A stretch of 64,000 nt of DNA from Promethearchaeota archaeon. Its GTDB lineage: Archaea > Asgardarchaeota > Lokiarchaeia > Sigyniarchaeales > SOKP01. The notes beneath the pieces are model-generated. The model was not told where the DNA came from, ran no database searches, and saw only the letters and a list, made by a program, of their open reading frames with translations. The position numbers and the translations under genes were made by a program. The DNA lies in assembly GCA_016840085.1 (NCBI GenBank), contig JAEOTA010000018.1, positions 128,001-192,000 of the forward strand. The letters run 5' to 3'. Positions 58,929 to 64,000 of this stretch are shown piece by piece; within the stretch, counting starts at the first letter, position 1, and every line of letters starts with the position of its first letter.

Positions 58929-60731
58929 TTATTCTCCTTCTTTACGTAATTCTCTTCTTAATATCTTTCCAACAACAGACTTAGGTAATTCAGGGACGAT
59001 TTCAATTATTCTTGGATATTTCAATGGACCGATATTATCCTTACACCATTCCATTAGATCCTCTTCAGTAACTTTCCCTTGATATTCTGGTTTTAATGAT
59101 ACAAAAGCCTTGATAGTTTGAACTGCTTCTGGGTCTGGCACTCCAATAACTCCTACTTCATTTACAGCTTCGTGCATATAGATGAGATCTTCAACTTCTC
59201 TGGGGAATACACCATGTCCTTTATATTTTATCATATCACGCTTTCTATCTTTAATGCGGAGATATCCGTCTTTATCTATACACCCAATATCTGCGGTGTA
59301 ATACCATTTAATTCCTTTAGAATCCTTCCTTAAAGCATATTCAGTATCTTCCTTTCTTCCTAAATACCCTAACATAACTTGAGGACCTGTACCACAGATT
59401 TCACCAATATATTTGAATTCATCTGGACCACAATTTTCGCAGCTTTCATTTGGGCATTGAGGTAAAATTTTTGTACCCTCCTCTGCATCCACTATCTTAA
59501 CAAAAGTATCTGATAATGGAAAACCAACTGTGTTAGTTTTTTGAAGCTCTTTTATAAAGGGATTTAGTGATAAAACTGGAGAGAGTTCTGACATCCCATA
59601 TCCCTCAACAAGACTAGCTCCTGTAATTTCTTCGAATTCTTTTTTAATTTCCTCAGGTAACGCACTAGCAGCTGAAATACATGCTATTAGCGAATCTAAC
59701 TTCCCTTTATATTTTTTAGAATCAGGATCTTGGTTAATTTTTATATAAAGAGTGGGAACTCCTGGCATGTAAGTTGCTTTTTCCTTAGCTATATCTTTCA
59801 AAATTTTTGATATTTTATCTGGAGGTCGTGGTAATAAAATCATTTTCCATCCTTCTAATACTGATACCGTCATTCCTATATTTCCAAAAGCATGAGCAAG
59901 TGGCACTACTATTAACATTCCCCCTTTACCCTTTAACTGATTCATTTCTGGAAGTTGTTTTGTTGCCCAAATATCCGTTTGTTGAGCATTCACCACCATA
60001 TTATAGTGTGAGGTCATAACACCTTTTGGGACTCCCGTAGTTCCCCCTGTATATATGAGAATAGCCGGGTCATTCTTGATATCGATATCTACTTTAGGTA
60101 CATTAATAGGTATTCCACTCTGTAATATATCTTGGTATTTATGGAAGATTATATCACCTACTTTTTCTGGCCATTTTTTCATCCTAGGAACCTTACCTAA
60201 AGCAGTTCCGAGTTTTGCTTTCATTTTAGGTAGATACTCTCCAAGTCCAGTCAAAATAATTTTCTCTAAGGTAGGCATTTTGCTAAGATCTTTCCCTAAA
60301 AGATATTCTTCATATAGGTAATCTAATATTAGCAACACTTTAGCTTTTGAATCATTTACTTGGTGAACAATTTCTACAAATCGGTTTACTGGAAGTATTG
60401 GGTTAGATATTGCTCCAATTCGAACAACTGCCCAATGAGCGATAACAAATTGAGGAACGTTCGGTAAATCAATACATACAACATCACCTTTTTTAACACC
60501 TAGTTTAGAAAGTCCTGTAGCAAATTGGTCTACTAATGTATCTAACTCTAAATAAGTCATTCGAAAACCTTCAAAGAAAATCGCCTGAGAATCAGGATAC
60601 TGTATAGCTGTTCTACTTAGAAGTTCTCCTAAAGGAACCTCGTCATAATCAAAATGTCGTGGGACCTCTTTTGGCCAATTTTTATCAATACCATAAAATT
60701 TTATTAGTTCTTCTTGACTCATTTCGATCAA
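58929..60731 (-). CDS. Long-chain fatty-acid--CoA ligase
   Basis: YTGGTTGVPKG, EGYGMSE, GPQVMLGY, TADIG, DRKRDMI, PREVE, GKILRREL. Confidence 0.93.
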   Translation of the reverse strand: MIEMSQEELIKFYGIDKNWPKEVPRHFDYDEVPLGELLSRTAIQYPDSQAIFFEGFRMTYLELDTLVDQFATGLSKLGVKKGDVVCIDLPNVPQFVIAHWAVVRIGAISNPILPVNRFVEIVHQVNDSKAKVLLILDYLYEEYLLGKDLSKMPTLEKIILTGLGEYLPKMKAKLGTALGKVPRMKKWPEKVGDIIFHKYQDILQSGIPINVPKVDIDIKNDPAILIYTGGTTGVPKGVMTSHYNMVVNAQQTDIWATKQLPEMNQLKGKGGMLIVVPLAHAFGNIGMTVSVLEGWKMILLPRPPDKISKILKDIAKEKATYMPGVPTLYIKINQDPDSKKYKGKLDSLIACISAASALPEEIKKEFEEITGASLVEGYGMSELSPVLSLNPFIKELQKTNTVGFPLSDTFVKIVDAEEGTKILPQCPNESCENCGPDEFKYIGEICGTGPQVMLGYLGRKEDTEYALRKDSKGIKWYYTADIGCIDKDGYLRIKDRKRDMIKYKGHGVFPREVEDLIYMHEAVNEVGVIGVPDPEAVQTIKAFVSLKPEYQGKVTEEDLMEWCKDNIGPLKYPRIIEIVPELPKSVVGKILRRELRKEGE

Positions 60732-60836
60732 ATTTTATGTTTTTATGTAGATGTTATAATATTCGTTTCTATTTAATAATATAAACAAATTCTTATTCAA
60801 AATCAGATTATTCATGGGAGATAAAAAGTGTCATTA

Positions 60837-61274
60837 TTAGATATTCATCTTATATAAATTCTTATCTGGGATATAGCTCATCATAATTAAATCATCTCTT
60901 ATTTCCCAACCTAAATTACGATAAAAATTAACAACTTCTTGATTATATTTTTCAATGAATAGGTGAATTTTATGTGCTCCTATTTCGCGAAATCTTTCAA
61001 TTAATTTATCCATTATCACTTTTCCAAATCCTTTTTTCTGATATTCCGGATCAACAGCAAGGTGATGAATATATCCTCTTCTCCCATCAAAACCTCCTAT
61101 AACTACAGCAATTATTTTTTCGTTTAATCCCCCTATTAAAAAAAGATTAGGATTTCGAAGGAACATTTTTTCCAGTTCTTCTTTTGTATCTGAAGACCCC
61201 ACATTAATTCCTGCCTTCCTCCAAATCCTAATTACATCATCATAAAATTTCATAGAAAACTTTTCAATCATCAT
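60837..61274 (-). CDS. GNAT acetyltransferase (YpeA-like)
   Basis: GGFDGRRGYIHHLAVDPEYQKKGFG, N..V..FY..LG. Confidence 0.9.
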   Translation of the reverse strand: MMIEKFSMKFYDDVIRIWRKAGINVGSSDTKEELEKMFLRNPNLFLIGGLNEKIIAVVIGGFDGRRGYIHHLAVDPEYQKKGFGKVIMDKLIERFREIGAHKIHLFIEKYNQEVVNFYRNLGWEIRDDLIMMSYIPDKNLYKMNI

Positions 61275-61321
61275 ATTAATAAAATCTCATTAGAGTTTTT
61301 TCTTTTAGTTTTAAATTTGAT

Positions 61322-63409
61322 TTATTCCTCTAATGATTCCAATGATAAGTGGTTTATTTTTTTCCTAATTTCTGTTTTGGTATCAATAATTTCTTTTAAC
61401 TTCCTTGAAATTTCTTTTCTTTTATAAATATCGGAGGGTATTGGTAATACAACTTCCATAATCCTATTTCCTATAGTAGCTATTGTTCCTTGTACAAAAG
61501 TAATTGCTTGAATTTGTTTTTGGACAATATCAAGGTTTAGAAGATATAAAAGTAGGTAAGAATCAATCATCTCATTATTGGGTAAGGTTTTTATTTGAAA
61601 AATATGGCTCTGAATTATAATTTTTGTGTCTAATTCTGTAATATAGGCTGTTTTGCCGATTAAGTTAGGACCGCCATCCTTTACTAAAAGTATATCTCCA
61701 ACTTCAATATTTTGTTTATCTTTATATTGCTCATAAACTTCTTCCGATGTTTTTTTATGCGAGTCGAGGTTAATTTCCCAATTACTCATCTCGCTTGTTC
61801 GAATAAAGGGTATATCACCTAATCCATATACTGAAGAACCAATTTCTGCCCCGCGTGGCAGGTAACCATTTTTATTCGTGTATATAATTTTTTTATCAAC
61901 TAAGTCTTTTATCCTTAGAGTTGAAAAATTTTGATTATTTTCAAGTTGTTTCAGTGTTTTTTCAACACCAGTATAATAACTGGGAATAAAAATATTGTTT
62001 TTAGTTTGACTAAAGTTGATTTTAAAGATTTTTTGTTCTTTTTCATAATTAAATTCTTCAGCCTTTTGGAGTTTAATGCTTAAATCTATTAGATCATCAT
62101 TGATTATAGGTTCACCATTAAAATCTAATTTTTTGCTTCCATCCTTATTCAATTTAAATAAAACTTTACCATCCTTATCATGTCCAACATTATCAACAAT
62201 CATAAAATCAATTTGATAATCTTTTGGAATATTTTTTAATTTTTGAAAAAACAAAATACTGGCTTTATTACATGTATATGGTTGAAAAGTATTTTGATCC
62301 AAGCTTATAATTGCTAGAATCTTTCCATTTTGTTCTAAGTATTCCCATATATATCTATTAGTAGAGTTTCCGAATATTCCTTCAGGTAAAACAATGCCCA
62401 TTTTACCATTTTCTTTTAATAACTGAACACATCGTTCTATAAATAATATTTGAGGTGGCTGTCTCTTTACTAAATATTTTTGCATCTCCCAGTGATTATC
62501 ATTAACATTTTTCCATACATGACCTAATTCATAATTTTTAAGAACTTCTCTACTGTTAATAGGGATTTTAACACCAAAGGGAGGATTAGTAAATATATAA
62601 TCAAAAGAGTCATTTTTAACCAATGATTTAACTTCAGAGCGATAACTTAAAATATCAAGAGAATCTTCACAAAAAATGTTTGATTTTCCACCACTTAAGA
62701 TTTCTAAATATAATTTGCAAATTTTTGATAGGAATAAATCTTTATCTATGCCGTATAGGTTAGAAATAATCTTAACTTTATTTTCTTCACTATCAATTTT
62801 TGACCATAGATACTCCTTTGCTTCAAGGAGAAATCCGCCATGACCACATGCAGGATCTATGATTTTTGCTTCTATATTAGGGTCTAGATAGCTAACCATG
62901 AATTTAACTATATTTGGAGGAGTAAAGAATTGACCTCCTTCATCCTTTAAGATTTTACTTACAAAAACCTCAAAAGCATCACTTAAAATATCTTTAGATG
63001 ATTGAAGGAGAGAAATATGTTGTAATTCTTTAACAAATAAATAAACAAGGTCATTTGTCAGTTTGATTTGGTCATTATCATCAAATATCTCATTATATTT
63101 TTGTCTAACATTTATTTCAAAAAAAGAATTAATCCTTTCAAACAGTTCAGTTTTAAATTCTCCTTCTTTTATACAAAATTCTACTTCTTCGTCAGGTTTT
63201 TTATCTATTTCATCAACTAGCTTGCAAAGCAAAAGATTAATTATTTGCTTTGAACGTGTTCTAGTATCAGTATCGGTATATTTCAGTTTTCCATATAAAT
63301 GTTGATTTATTAAGTTGAATAACTTTTTTAAATTGGCTGACCTTACCAAATCTTTCTTCTTTACTCCTCTAATTTTCTTCTCTACAAAATCAGTGATTTT
63401 AACTGGCAT
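61322..63409 (-). CDS. N6-adenine DNA methyltransferase (HsdM-like) fused to a single specificity (TRD) domain
   Basis: GQFFTP, motif I DPACGHGGFL, motif IV NPPFG, IVLPEG; C-terminal IPFIRTS...GDILL..DG...IG...LPIP TRD plus helical spacer. Confidence 0.88.
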   Translation of the reverse strand: MPVKITDFVEKKIRGVKKKDLVRSANLKKLFNLINQHLYGKLKYTDTDTRTRSKQIINLLLCKLVDEIDKKPDEEVEFCIKEGEFKTELFERINSFFEINVRQKYNEIFDDNDQIKLTNDLVYLFVKELQHISLLQSSKDILSDAFEVFVSKILKDEGGQFFTPPNIVKFMVSYLDPNIEAKIIDPACGHGGFLLEAKEYLWSKIDSEENKVKIISNLYGIDKDLFLSKICKLYLEILSGGKSNIFCEDSLDILSYRSEVKSLVKNDSFDYIFTNPPFGVKIPINSREVLKNYELGHVWKNVNDNHWEMQKYLVKRQPPQILFIERCVQLLKENGKMGIVLPEGIFGNSTNRYIWEYLEQNGKILAIISLDQNTFQPYTCNKASILFFQKLKNIPKDYQIDFMIVDNVGHDKDGKVLFKLNKDGSKKLDFNGEPIINDDLIDLSIKLQKAEEFNYEKEQKIFKINFSQTKNNIFIPSYYTGVEKTLKQLENNQNFSTLRIKDLVDKKIIYTNKNGYLPRGAEIGSSVYGLGDIPFIRTSEMSNWEINLDSHKKTSEEVYEQYKDKQNIEVGDILLVKDGGPNLIGKTAYITELDTKIIIQSHIFQIKTLPNNEMIDSYLLLYLLNLDIVQKQIQAITFVQGTIATIGNRIMEVVLPIPSDIYKRKEISRKLKEIIDTKTEIRKKINHLSLESLEE

Positions 63410-63521
63410 TTACTATGAATTAAAAGTTTGGTTGTTTTCTTTAAACGTTTATTTCTCTATTATTCATTTATATTGAATCAATTTATTATTCTTTTTTATT
63501 AATTAAAAATTAAGGTAAATT

Positions 63522-64000
63522 ATGTCTTCAAATAATTTAGATTTTGGCGAATATATAGAATTTAACGTAAAGAAACGTTTTGGAATTATAATTTTAAACA
63601 GAGTTCATAGATCCAATGCTTTTACAATTGAACAATTAGAAAATTTAAAGAAAGCCGTAGAATTTTGCCAGAATAATGAGAAAATTAGAGGATTGATCTT
63701 AGCTAATAATGGAACTTCATTTAGCACAGGAATAGATATAGAAGCTATTGATGGGAGTGATCATGATGCCATTAAATATTTAGAATCAACAGCAGCAACC
63801 ATCTGCAAATTATTATATAATGGTAAACCGGCTATATGCGCTATTAATGGAAGAACAATGGGTGAAGGAGTAGTTTTTTCAATATGTTGCGATTATCGAA
63901 TTGCTACTAAAGAAAGTTTTTTTCAAACGCCCGAAATCTTTTCCGGAATTTTTACTGGTACTGGTTGTATAATTCTCTTTTCAAAAATTATTGGAATTCC
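63522..64000 (+). CDS. Enoyl-CoA hydratase/isomerase family protein (3' truncated)
   Basis: MSSNNLDFGEYIEF...ILNRVHRSNAFT, FSTGID, KPAICAINGRTMGEG, CDYRIA, PEI. Confidence 0.88.
   Translation, partial: MSSNNLDFGEYIEFNVKKRFGIIILNRVHRSNAFTIEQLENLKKAVEFCQNNEKIRGLILANNGTSFSTGIDIEAIDGSDHDAIKYLESTAATICKLLYNGKPAICAINGRTMGEGVVFSICCDYRIATKESFFQTPEIFSGIFTGTGCIILFSKIIGI

Noticed and set aside
1214-63305. Numerous 60-116 aa ORFs antisense to or overlapping the main genes (e.g. 2757, 4565, 6863, 8231, 13063, 36324, 55059)
   Set aside because: They are shadow frames of well-supported genes, with no motifs and biased composition.
1-64000. Selenoprotein or pyrrolysine read-through, CRISPR arrays, tRNA/rRNA, IS elements
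   Set aside because: No gene appeared interrupted by an in-frame TGA/TAG, and I saw no regularly spaced repeats, GC-rich structured RNA or transposase motifs. This was by eye only; covariance searches were not run.

Overview
A 64-kb, strongly AT-rich archaeal chromosomal segment, very probably Lokiarchaeia (Asgard). Supporting signs are a Rag-like GTPase-roadblock fusion, a longin/roadblock protein, the H4MPT enzymes Mtd and Ftr, archaeal-type GlyRS, and GGTGA Shine-Dalgarno sites. The left part is housekeeping: RecJ-like DHH nuclease, beta-CASP nuclease, purine salvage mtnP/kinase/apt, mtd/ftr, two large glycosylated surface proteins, glyS and TPR proteins. From about 20 to 64 kb there is a dense lipid/acyl-CoA catabolic neighbourhood: 7 thiolase-fold proteins that all lack the nucleophilic Cys, 6 DUF35 proteins plus a DUF35 remnant, two inverted copies of a DUF35-Ltp4-Ltp3-DUF35 operon, two BKACE paralogues, SCP2, acyl-CoA dehydrogenase, acyl-CoA ligase, crotonases and glycerol-3-phosphate dehydrogenase. 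Embedded in it are a GC-richer polar amino-acid ABC transporter and a co-oriented run encoding a longin+2xroadblock protein, a cytochrome-b-like/V4R fusion, a corrinoid protein and an MT2 methyltransferase, which may be a signalling module. Sequence-level oddities are several genes apparently starting at ATT 7 nt after the SD, a recurrent M[IL]FQ N-terminus on membrane proteins, and an orphan M+S methyltransferase fusion. I found no rRNA, tRNA, CRISPR array or IS element. All assignments come from motif recognition by eye; no searches were run.
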